Positions 52,716-64,000 of a stretch of DNA of 64,000 bases are shown here, in pieces. The translations under genes and the position numbers were made by a program. Origin of the DNA: Octopus vulgaris. Its lineage: Eukaryota. The stretch covers positions 109,492,001 through 109,556,000 of the forward strand of contig OX597821.1 of NCBI GenBank assembly GCA_951406725.2. The letters are read 5' to 3'. Numbering within the stretch: position 1 is the first letter of the stretch; each line of letters starts with the position of its first letter. The notes under the pieces were generated by a model that worked only from the letters and a program-made list of their open reading frames with translations, ran no database searches and was not told the DNA's origin.

Positions 52716-53354
52716 TGACACTGCATGTCATACAGATTGCTTTTGACATAGTGATCTAGTCAGAAACCAGGTGTAGGCACACACTCACACTCTCACACAC
52801 ACACTCACACACACACACACACACATCACAGCACATATATACATACGATCACAGACACACGCATTCATATATCCATACACATGCGATTACGCAAACACAT
52901 CCACTCACACATATACGTGTACATAAAAGAATAATATACATACATACGCACACACATACACACACACTCACACACACACACACACATGTATAATGCAAAT
53001 GCACATACTGAGTGAAAAGGCAGACAGAAAGAGAAGTTGTTGTTGTTGGTGGTGGTGGTAGTGGTAGTGGTGGTGGTGGTGGTAGTGGTTGTGGTGGTGG
53101 TATTGTTGTTTTTCTGTGGTTGGGTTGTTGTTGGTGGTGGTGGTGTGGTGGTGGTGGTGGTGGTGGTGGTCGTCGTCGTCGTTGTCGTGATGGTTGTGGT
53201 AGAATGGTAGTGTTACGTAAAGAAGAATTTACGGGAATTGTGAAAACGGAAAGGAGAAAAGAGTGACTAAGAAAAAGGGAAGAGGGGGAGCAGAAAGAGA
53301 AAAAGGGATTGGTGCATATTAAATATTATTTGTTGGTTACATGGATCAGTACTT

Positions 53355-53395
53355 GATAAAGACGTTTCGGACTAAGGCCTATCATCAGAATATTA
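53355..53395 (-). ncRNA. Minimal hammerhead motif
   Basis: Minus: CTGATGA-taGGcC tta GtCC-GAAA-CG-TC; stem I poor. Confidence 0.55.
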
Positions 53396-53517
53396 ATGTA
53401 AAGAGAAAGAGAGAAAAGAAAGACGAGAAAAAGCGGAGCATAAAAATCCGAATGACGAAGCGAATATTTGTTGGTGAGAGTACTCGGCTGAATATAAGGA
53501 ACGAGAGAGAGGGAAGA

Positions 53518-53557
<40 letters not shown>

Positions 53558-53916
53558 GAAAGAAAGACGTAGCTAGACAGTGTGAGTGGGTGGGGGTTAG
53601 ATGATAGCGTTAGGTGAAATGGAGGTGGAGAGGATAAGGGTGAATCGGTAGATTAAGATAACAATCACTTGAACGAAAATACCTTCCTGTACACCTGTAT
53701 AACATGCGGAAATTTACAATTTGGATTTTATACAAACACACATACGCCCATACATTCCCACACATGTGAGCGGGTGGTTGTGCTTCTGTTTGCGTTATAT
53801 ATAAATAGATACGGATATATATTATAAATTTAGTGGGTGTACGTAAGTGAAGCAGCGTTAAATTAAAATAGTTATCTATGCATCATATCAAGCGTATAAA
53901 GACCATTTGACATGTG

Positions 53917-54240
53917 AAGGCGCGTGAGTTAGTGGTTAGGGGCTTCGGATAACGACTTTAAGGTCGTCCATTCGATTCATACCAGGGCTTTCTGTCCTTG
54001 AGGAAGACACTATATTTCCCGATGTTCCAGTTCACTCCGCAGGCAAAAAAATGAGTGGTACCTGTAATTCAAAGGGACCAGCCTTGTCACATTCTGTGTC
54101 ACGCTGAATCTCCTCTGAGAGCTATGCTAAAACTTATGTGTATCCGGAAGTGCTCAGCTACTTTCACTTCAATTTCACAATCAAGCTGTTCGTTTGGTTG
54201 TGTCAAGTGAGACACACGTCGTCGTCGTAACCGACGCAGA
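53917..54240 (+). mobile_element. Diverged SINE family B relative
   Basis: aggcgcgtgagttagtggttagg...ccagccttgtcacattctgtgtcacgctgaatctcc...cgtcgtaaccgacg. Confidence 0.7.
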
Positions 54241-54367
54241 ACCAAGACATCGTTGGCGGACACGATGTCGTTGATTTTCGTCCCGACAGAAAATATATTC
54301 ATAGGGCTATGTTAAAAACGTTAGCAACAATATATATCGGAGTAAGGAGAGATATTCTTCCTGCAGT

Positions 54368-54745
54368 AGCGTCCCCAAAGTCCATCCACCTCCTCACCGT
54401 GGTGGGAACGCTGGCAACGGGTAGTGTCAGAGCTATGCCGTCGGGAACTTCGGTTCCTGGTAGAGCCATCCAAGGCGGATTGGTCTGACACCGAGTGGTA
54501 TTAGGGCCACAACCCGGCAGACGGGGCTCTGGTGAAAATCCTCGGAGTGTCTGTTTCGGCAACCGGCGGCTCCTCAGTCGTTCTGTGCCTGTGTCTGCGG
54601 ACAATCTGCGGCAAACAGGATGTCTCCACATGCGGGATTGTTGGGAATCGCTTGTGAAATCCACATATTCCCACGAAACTTCTTCCATGAGTAGAAGAAG
54701 CCGACTCAACCCGCCAGGGTGAATATCGCCACAAGTACAAGTAAG
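54368..54745 (+). mobile_element. 378-bp non-autonomous RTE-derived retroelement with 13-bp TSD
   Basis: TSD TTCTTCCTGCAGT at 54355-54367 and 54746-54758; (ACAAGT)n-like tail; 5' part resembles the Expander/Rex3 RTE 5'UTR (gagctatg..gtcggg...cctggtag.g....ccaaggc). Confidence 0.75.
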
Positions 54746-55374
54746 TTCTTCCTGCAGTGTTTCACGAAAACGCCGCTAGCATTTTGGGTTGGTTGGTGCT
54801 TTCTAAAGACAGCTACACGCATGTGTATGATACTTTGATGGTTTATTTTATATGTAATTCTGTTACAATTGCGTTCACCGAGGTTTTATTCCTCTCGATG
54901 GCTTTTCGCAATTTCAGTGAATGTATTATTTGCTACTTCCTATATATCGATGAACGAATTTTCTCGAAGCATGTGAATAGCGAGTAATTGCCATTGACGA
55001 AGCCTAGCAAGGCCGAAATTCTTCTGGCGTTCTCATCAATCTCTACGAGGGCAATTTTTCGTCAAGTTCCGACATATATTGCATTTTTAACGAAGCATGA
55101 CTTTGAAAAGATTTTTTTTTATCTTGGACGAAAATCTATTGCATCATACCTCTCAACGTTGTATATACGTAGCGTATGATACAATGATGAATATATGAAC
55201 GTGCACACATATGCATGAGATTATATTTTAACGATGCCAAAAGGATTAAAGGCAAAGTTGACCTCGGCGATATGTGAACGCAAACTGTAAAAAGCGAAGA
55301 GAATTTCTGTTAAGCATTTTGTTCGGCGTTCAAACGACTCTGCAAAGACACTGCCTTAATTAGTAACAATAATG

Positions 55375-55448
<74 letters not shown>

Positions 55449-55449
<1 letters not shown>

Positions 55450-55992
55450 GTACCAGGCAGAGGCTCTCATGGCTTCTGATCTTAACTGATTGGAAGTGTT
55501 ATCATGTACATTGTTTTGTCTTGGTAGAAAAGATGGGCTACAGCAAATATTCTGCTCAATACCACAGATTTGTTTGTCAGTTGTTTGACCTTAACCAGTT
55601 GAGCATGTCCCTTAGTGGCTGACGATATGTGCATCTCTGATCACGAGCAGAAGTAGTGGGGGAGCATCATAGCCATGTGTTGAGAGGGATTCTTTGGGGT
55701 TTGAATAGTTCACCTCTGGAAACATGGGTGGTTCTTTCAACATCCTTAAACAACCCTTAGTCAGGGACCGTTTGAGCGGGATGGGCTACTCAACCTGAAG
55801 AAAATTCTAACTGGGCCCCACCTGCAAGGTCATGTGCTGTTTATCTTGATATGAGATCACCATGTCGCGCACATATGGTTGTGATGCATGTGCCTGGTGT
55901 ACCTTTATCAGACGGGTAGTCATGATGGGTATATTGGGCTTCGTATATTTTACCCCAGTGTCACTTTGATGGCATGAACTGCTCTCTCACTC
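55449..55992 (+). mobile_element. Family D, near full length
   Basis: (TAA)n on both sides; ends ctctctcactc(aat)n. Confidence 0.9.
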
Positions 55993-56239
55993 AATAATAA
56001 TAATAATAATAATAACAGCTACAGCAATAATAACAAACCCAATAATAACGATGATGAGGATGATGATGATGATGATATTGACAACGACAACAACGACGAC
56101 GAAAATAACATAAGAAAGACCCGGGGAAAGCTCGGTTATTAAGCAAAACTAAATATATAAATAAAAAAAACAACAGCCCTTGCAACAAAACATATATATA
56201 TATAATTATTGAAAAAAGCCGCAATAGTTATGCACCAAC

Positions 56240-56283
<44 letters not shown>

Positions 56284-56477
56284 ATTGCAGCACGGATTTT
56301 GTCAGTGAACAGGTCACGGATTTTAGCGACGAAAATATTTTGACAAATTAAACTTAAATCTTGAAGTGAATCGAACGGCTTTTGTGTGTTTCTTAAATGG
56401 CTTACAAACACCTTCCACGCTGCAATTGTTTTCGTTTCAGCACACGATCTCAGATCAAATTACTTGCTATGCGAGTA

Positions 56478-56580
<103 letters not shown>

Positions 56581-56737
56581 GCGAAAAATTCGCAAAATGG
56601 AAGCGAAGAGCCAAGACGTGCAGCCCTTCCGCTTCACTTGAGGAGGTTAGAGTTTAAATTTATGGAGAAGTGACATATGAGAATATGTCAAGATCTTTGA
56701 TTTTACTCCTGACTCATCGTCAGAAAATAATACTTAT

Positions 56738-56802
<65 letters not shown>

Positions 56803-56806
56803 AATT

Positions 56807-56860
56807 AAGTGAAAAATATACGAAATGAAATAATTATTTCATTTCGTATATTTTTCACTT
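56807..56860. repeat. 54-bp perfect palindrome next to (TA)n
   Basis: aagtgaaaaatatacgaaatgaaataa|ttatttcatttcgtatatttttcactt. Confidence 0.92.
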
Positions 56861-57067
56861 GTTCATTGCTATGGTTTTGTGTTGAGTTTGATCTGAGAAC
56901 ATAATCTTTTGTGGTGAATGGCGATTTGACGTCTATATCTAGCATGTTGACTGTCCACTTTTCGTGTTCAGTCCTTAATTGGTATATATAAATATTTTAA
57001 TCTTCGGATTCTTTTTTAATATGCTAGACCACTGGTCTTAATTGATAAATATCAATTTCTACCCTTA

Positions 57068-57108
<41 letters not shown>

Positions 57109-57394
57109 TAAGTAATTAAGGGTTTAGCAACGATTTGCCTCACCACACACCGAATTTAGAAATAGCAGTCAAATTTCACCCTATATTATTACTGATAACT
57201 ATATATATATATATATAACGAACAGATGTATACGCATATAAACATATACGCTTAAAATTGTGTGTGTAAGTGCTTATGTATGTATGTTATAATTCCTCGT
57301 ACAAATCAATAACGTTGTTAAGGAAGTAGATATAACGTTGCACATCACCTTTCTTATTTACATAGTTTATTTAACCTTGTCATAATGACAGACT

Positions 57395-57776
57395 GGAGGC
57401 GCAATGGGCCAGTGGTTAGGGCAGCAGACTCGTAGTCGTAGGATCAAGGCTTCGATTCCCAGTCCGGGCGTTGTGAGTGAGTGTTTATTGAGCGAAAGCA
57501 CCTAAGGCTCCACGCAGATCCGGCAGGGGCTGCTGCAAACCCTGCTGTACTTGTTTACCACAAATTTCTCACTCATTCTTCATGTTTCTGTTGTGCCTGT
57601 ATTCAAAGGGCCCGCCTTGTCACACTCTGTGTCACGCTGAATCTCCCTGAGAACTACGTTAAGGCTACACGAGTCTGCGGAGTGCTCAGACACTTACATG
57701 CTAATTTCACGAGCAGGCTGTTCCATTGATCGGATCAACTGGAACCCTCGTTATCGTAACCGACGGTGTGCTACGT
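57395..57776 (+). mobile_element. SINE family B, full length with TSD
   Basis: TSD ATAATGACAGACT at 57382-57394 and 57777-57789. Confidence 0.9.
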
Positions 57777-59085
57777 ATAATGACAGACTGTCATATGGAG
57801 GTACGTGAAAACCAGTTGCATGTAACTCATCACAATGTAAAATCTTTATCCAGTGGTGACTCCGGCACTCGGGCTGTTCAGGCTTAGCCCGAGTATAAAT
57901 TTAATAAAGTGAACGTGTATTATCAATCTGATTCAGTTTCTGCCAATGTTGACTTCAAGTATGTAATTGCAGCCAATAACTCGGGCGTCTTTTATTGATC
58001 CTAGTCGCAGTTCATTTATTTTCGTTTAGCGTCTGGCGGTCGTCTTCGAGTTGCCCTTTGTCAAAAATATCATTCATAGCAGAAGTTCTCTCGACATCCT
58101 TCACACACTCCTCAGCAGTTGCAGCCCGAGTTGTTATCTATAATCGTAAAATTTAAAAGTAGTTCAAATTCAATCTTTTCTTGAAACAATAAATTTCTAT
58201 AGAGATTAGGATTTAAATTAAAATCTATGAAAAGCTTCCGTTCTACAGTATTCTTAAAGGAACGAAATATTTTCCAGCAACTCGGGCTAATACGAACGAG
58301 CCTGGTTGATGAAAAAAGACTAACTGGCATCTCTTGTCAAGAGTACAAGCGACAGTGAGATCGCCGATGTTTGTTGTGTACTCCGCTGGTGTTATCTTAT
58401 TGCTGTTATTCTGTGCATCTGTGTGTAAAATATCAGTCGACCTTTGCGGAATTTGAACTCAGAACGTAAAGACAAACGAAATACCTCTAAGCATTTCGCC
58501 CGGCGTGTTAACGTTTCCGCCAGCTCGCCGCCTTAAAATTCAGACATATTGCCTTTGAACGATGTGGAAATCGTCCGTTTCTTAAGACGATAGTGTTTAA
58601 TTTGAATGTGATTTAACTGATATTTCTCGCCAGTGCAACGGCCATATAGGGGTACCCTTCATTATCTCATCTCCGTTGTCATTGATGATTAGTTCAAGGT
58701 TATCTCTGTTTAATCAGATATATAACCAAAGGCAATCCAGTCATGACAATTCCACGTTTTCTATGTACAAATAAGCCAGTAGCACATTATTCAATATTAC
58801 TATCTGTGTCTCAAGATGGCAGGCTAGAATTTTAGAGAGTTTGACTGCTATGTCTAGACCGCCACCCTACAACCTTGATGGTCCTCTTATAATCTCTTGT
58901 ATCTGGCATTACCTATGTTTTGTGCGTGTGTATGAGAGCATGACAATTCATTATGTGAGCAATAATACCTGTCAACAAACAACACCAGTTTCTCATATAA
59001 CACGTGGATAACCTGTCATAAACTTGATCCCCGTTTGAGTGATAAAGATAAAAAAAAACGAAAGAGTGAAAGGTGGAAGGAACGT

Positions 59086-59123
<38 letters not shown>

Positions 59124-59232
59124 TAGAATGAAAGAAAATCCGGATTTTTGAAATACTAAAATAGTTTAGTCACTTCAACATCATACATTTTAAAAAGGCC
59201 AATTCCAACCTTGTTTTATATACTTTATCTAA

Positions 59233-59289
<57 letters not shown>

Positions 59290-59311
59290 CATTATTATAA
59301 TAATAATAATA

Positions 59312-59376
<65 letters not shown>

Positions 59377-59435
59377 TTTTTTTTTCTTCTTTCAAATTTG
59401 CTTCCATTTCTTGCCGAGTGTCTTCCCGACTCCTA

Positions 59436-59499
<64 letters not shown>

Positions 59500-59501
<2 letters not shown>

Positions 59502-61060
59502 GCCGACAAGTCGGTGGGATTGCGACTGGGCAACTGGCGAGGTAGATCGATGCTGTCGGACGGTGTTGTCGCACACACTGGACTGACGGATCAGTGAAAC
59601 TGCACTGGATCGAGTTGGTCCCGACATCCAGGTGGATAAGAATTGAGAAGAGGTGACGAACAGGGTGACCTCTCTTTACCTAGAAATGGGCAGAGAGGAA
59701 GTTGTCCCTGAAGGGTCGGACAGAGGTGGCGAATGCCTACATCGCCTCTGTCATTATTTATCGTCTGACCGTCGTGCCTTGCTCCAATTACTGCTTGATT
59801 AGACTGGAACGTATCCTGTTTATTTTCTTGTGGAAAGGACGCGTTCCAGTGGTCAGGCGGTCAGTCTGCTGCCAACCTCCTTTGCGTGGAGGCTTTGGCA
59901 TGCCATGGATTTTAATGTGCAGACACGCACTCGGGTTTGCGCCAGCTGCAGCAATTTCTAGGTGAACGTGTGTGGGCTCCGCTTGTGAGACACGCCTTTC
60001 CGCAGCTCGCCTCCTTGACAGTTCTGCAGTCTTGGCTAAAGGATAGGCCGGGATTGGGCGCCTGGCATTTAGAATGCGGTCAAGCACTCACTGGCCCTAC
60101 AAGTTGGGCAACAGGATAGGTGGATGTTTCGCTATAGATATTTACAGAGAATTAGTAGCGGGGAAGTGCGACGACGTTCTCGGGGAGACCCCTAACCGTC
60201 GACGAAAACGAACTGGCATGTCTATCCCGGAGGACTTTCCGGTCGGGGATTGTTGTGGATAATTTCCAGATGTCTTTGACCTGGCAGTACTACTGGGGCG
60301 GGGGGCTACCGGTTGCAGATAAACTCTACAGGCATGAATGTGTTGTCAGACGGACTTGTCCGAGGTACTCGCAGAGCGACGAAACCTTTCTGCATGCACT
60401 CGTTCAATGTCCGGGCATTGCTGACTTGTGGGGTTATGTCGAACAGCTACTGTCGCGTGTAGGACAGATCCGTCTGTCGTCCAAGTCCATAATGACGATT
60501 GCTCCGCCGCCCTCCGTTAGTCAGGCTGACAGGGCAGTTTTTCTTTGTATGGTGGCTGTGGCGAAAGAGGTTATCTGGTGGACGAGGCTGAAATGAGTGA
60601 GAACAAAAACATTACTCTTTGGTAAAGCACCCATCGACTTTTTCAAGTTTCATTTGAAAAGGTAAGTGAGGGTGGAGATGGAGATGCTGTCCTTAAGTGA
60701 ATTTATGAAAAGATGGGTGAAAGTTGCGATAACGGCTAGAGTGGATGGTACCACTCTCAGTGTAGATCTGTGAGTAGGAAGAAAGAAGTTGGAGTGGGCT
60801 CTCGTTCTTGGTACTCAGGGTGATCTCGGATGGTGAGGTTCCTTGATTATTCCTAGAAGCCCTCCTGAATCAGGGGGTCCCCATCACGATCCTTTCCCCC
60901 CACCTCGTTTTCCAGTGCTATATACTATGTATACGTCCCTTCTTCTGATATATACCGTGTATACTTTTTATTTTATCATTCCATTATATGCAACCCCCTC
61001 CCCACACTTTATGTCTGCCTTTGTTTTGTCCCCTCATCCTTGTCCTGGTGGAAAATAAAA
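59500..61060 (+). pseudogene. Tx1/L1-clade LINE 3' portion, degraded
   Basis: LSLKGRTEVANAYIASVIIYRLTVVPC...FLWKG...PLRGGFGMP; CCHC-like TCPR.SQSDETFLHALVQCP..LWGYVE; AATAAA at ~61053 followed by (ATT)n. Confidence 0.82.
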
Positions 61061-61097
61061 GAAATCATTATCAATATTATTATCATTACTATTATCA

Positions 61098-61159
<62 letters not shown>

Positions 61160-61712
61160 GAGTGAGAGAGCAGTTCATGCCACCAAAGTGACACTGGGGT
61201 AAAATATACGAAGCCCAATATACCCATCATGACTACCCGTCTGATAAAGGTACACCAGGCACATGCATCACAACCATATGTACGCGACATGGTAATCTCA
61301 TATCAAGATAAACAGAACATGACCTTGCAGGTGGGGCCCAGTTAGAATTTTCTTCAGGTTGAGTAGCCCATCCCGCTCAAACGGTCCCTGAATAAGGGTT
61401 GTTTAAGGATGTTGAAAGAACCACCCATGTTTCCAGAGGTGAACTATTCAAACCCCAAAGAATCCCTCTCAACACATGGCTATGATGCTCCCCCACTACT
61501 TCTGCTCGTGATCAGAGATGCATATATCGTCAGCCACTAAGGGACATGCTCAACTGGTTAAGGTCAAACAACTGGCAAGCAAATCTGTGGTATTGAGCAG
61601 AATATTTGCTGTAGCCCATCTTTTATACCAAGACAAAACAATGTACATGATAACACTTCCAATCAGTTAAGATCAGAAGCCATGAGAGCCACTGCCTGGT
61701 ACTGCATCAGGG

Positions 61713-61714
<2 letters not shown>
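61160..61714 (-). mobile_element. Family D, full length
   Basis: Flanked by (TTA)n on both sides. Confidence 0.92.
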
Positions 61715-61778
<64 letters not shown>

Positions 61779-62499
61779 TGTTCTATTATTATTATTATCA
61801 TCATTATTATCGTCGTCCTCGTTGTTGTTGTTGTTGTTGTTGTTAAGGCGATGAGCTTGAAGAGTGGTTAACATGCCGGACAAAATATCTAGAAGCATTT
61901 CGATCATCTTTATGTTCTCAGTTCAAATTCCACCGAGGTTGACTTTGCCTTTCATTAATTTCGGAGTCTATAAAATAAGTACCAGTTACGTACGCGTTGG
62001 GGTCGATGGTATCATCTTACCACCACCCCTCACCACCTCGAAATTACTGTCCTTGTACTAATATTTGAAACCAACACACACACACATACATACACGCATA
62101 CATACACACATACATACATACATACATACATACATACATACAACGAGCTTCTTTCAGTTTCCATCTTCCAATCAAATCACAAGGCTTTGGTTGGCCCGAG
62201 ACTATAGTGAAAGACATTTGCCGAAGGTGCCACGCAGTGGGACTGAACCTGGAACCGTGTGGATGAGAAGCCACGCCTGCGCCTGTATAGTTACAATCAA
62301 GGCACTCTAAATTTAGACTTCCAGGCGGCAGAGTGGACAGGAGTCGTTTGCGTGTAGTCCAGTGGTTAAAGTTTAGGTTACTAGTTGTGTAGGTTCCTCA
62401 TGTTGAGTGATAGTTCTTCATGCCTTGATTCTAACAAAACATTTTCACTCAACCGTGTCGGCCTTCATGTTAGGCGCAAAATACACTGTTACGTAACAC

Positions 62500-62860
62500 T
62501 AAAAACGCTGCCGCCGTGGTGATCTCATTCTCGCCCACAACATCATAAGCGGGAAGTGTAACCTCTCGAAAGAGCTGTTCTTCACTCCTGCTCCGGAGCG
62601 TCGGCTGCGGGGTCATTCCGAAAAGCTCTACCTGCGATGATTTCATCTCAATCGAAGGAGAGGAGCTTTCTCCGTCCGGGTTGCGGATCCGTGGAACAAG
62701 CTGCCAGACGAGATGGTGAAGATGCCGACGACCGCTTTGTTCAAAGCCTCCCTGGACCTCAAGTGGCCTGAACTCTTTACATGAACACCACCCTGTACTT
62801 AACTCCATGTCCCCCTACATGGCCTTGCTATTTGCTTTTGAGCCAAATTAACTAACTAAC
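62500..62860 (+). pseudogene. CR1-like LINE 3' end
   Basis: ELFFTPAPERRLRGHSEKLYLR*FHLNRRRGAFSVRVADPWNKLPDEMVKMPTTALFKASLDLKWPELF; (AACT)n tail. Confidence 0.8.
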
Positions 62861-63107
62861 GCACGGACGTAGCAGGAAATATACCAAAGGTTTTAAACTT
62901 AATAACGTGTTCCTTCTCTACAAACACTTGACGGAAAATATTCAGAGCATTCCTTGTTTAGTATTGTCACTAGAAATATTCAGTCAACGGTGGCAAACCT
63001 TAACTTATGACGCCAAGCATTGTCACTTGATAAAAACACACGGACGTAGAGGGGGAACTTACAACAATTTCTAAGACTCAGTCAATCAAGTCCTATTCAA
63101 GACATAG

Positions 63108-63395
63108 GGAGGTTCAATGGCCCAGTGGTTAGGACAGAGGACTCGCAGTCATATGATCACGGTTTCGATTTCCAGACAGGGTGTTTATTGAGCGAAAACA
63201 CCCAAAGCTCCACGAGGCTCCGGCAGGGAGTGGTAGCGAACCCCTCTGTACTCTTTCACCACAACTTTCTCACACTCTTTCTTCCTGTTTCTGTTGTACC
63301 TGTATTTCAAAGGGGCCAGCCTTGTCACACTCTGTGTCACGCTGAATCTCCCCAAGAACTACGTTAAGGGTACACGTGTCTGTGGAGTACTCAGA
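63108..63395 (+). mobile_element. SINE family B fused to a family A tail
   Basis: B head and body to ~63395, then gatagaataagtactaggcttacaaag (family A 3' part). Confidence 0.8.
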
Positions 63396-63535
63396 CGGAT
63401 AGAATAAGTACTAGGCTTACAAAGAATAAGTTCTGGGGTTGATTTCTTGGACTAAAACCATTTAAGCCGGTACTCCAGTATGGCCACAGTCAACTGACTA
63501 TAACAAGTAAACGAATAAAGGAATGTAAATATATA

Positions 63536-63922
63536 GGGGCAGGAGTGGATGTGTGGTAACTAGCTAGCTTACCAGCCACATGGTTCCGGGTTCAGTCTCA
63601 CTGCGTGGTACCTTGGGCGAGTGTCTTCCACTATAGCCTCAGGATGACCAAATCCTTGTGAGTGGATTTGGTAGACGGAAACTGAAAGAATCCCGTCGGA
63701 TATATATATATGTGTGTTTGTGTGTATGTATCTGTCTGTATATGTTTGCGCGTGTGTTTGTTCACCCAACATCGCTTGACAACTGATGCTGATATGTTTA
63801 CGTCTCCGTCACTTAGCGGTTCGGCAAAAGAGACCGATAGAATAAGTACTATGTTTGCTCCACTAAAGGCGGTGCTCCAGCATGGCCGCAATCAAATGAC
63901 TGGAACAAATAAAAGAATAAAA
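63536..63922 (+). mobile_element. SINE family A
   Basis: Full head, internal deletion in the tail. Confidence 0.85.
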
Positions 63923-63950
63923 ACATATATGTACACACACACACACACAC

Positions 63951-63983
<33 letters not shown>

Positions 63984-64000
63984 TAGATAGATAGATAGAT

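Noticed and set aside
52082-52749. Gly-rich and Pro-rich ORFs resembling structural proteins or formins
   Set aside because: Degenerate (GGT)n tract open in five frames; no flanking coding context.

Overview
Eukaryotic, AT-rich, extremely repeat-dense window with no intact host protein-coding gene that I can support. Almost all ORF-track entries are translations of microsatellites ((TA)n, (CA)n, (GA)n, (TTA)n, (GAA)n, (AAC)n, (GGT)n). The SINE families look like those of octopus (coleoid cephalopod); this is inferred from recalled family resemblance, not a database search. Supported content: three tRNA-headed SINE families in many copies; a ~555-bp element always embedded in (TAA)n; dead LINE fragments (RTE, RTE-X-like, CR1/L2-like, Tx1/L1-like, R4/Dong-like RLE); several Tc1/mariner pseudogenes; non-autonomous Helitrons; hAT-like and other MITEs; two tRNA-Asp-derived copies flanking an antisense 28S rRNA fragment. 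The strongest unexplained signal is a set of short ORF-less elements, mostly next to (TA)n, carrying type I hammerhead ribozyme (HHR) motifs: about 12 motifs, several with complete catalytic cores. They repeatedly form fold-back structures, including a 1.13-kb zero-spacer palindrome (45224-46358) with mirror-image HHRs. That palindrome is itself bracketed by transposon TIRs and an 8-bp direct repeat. A TSD-flanked RTE-derived mini-element with an HDV-ribozyme-like 5' end is also present. All coordinates were read by eye and boundaries of degenerate elements are approximate.
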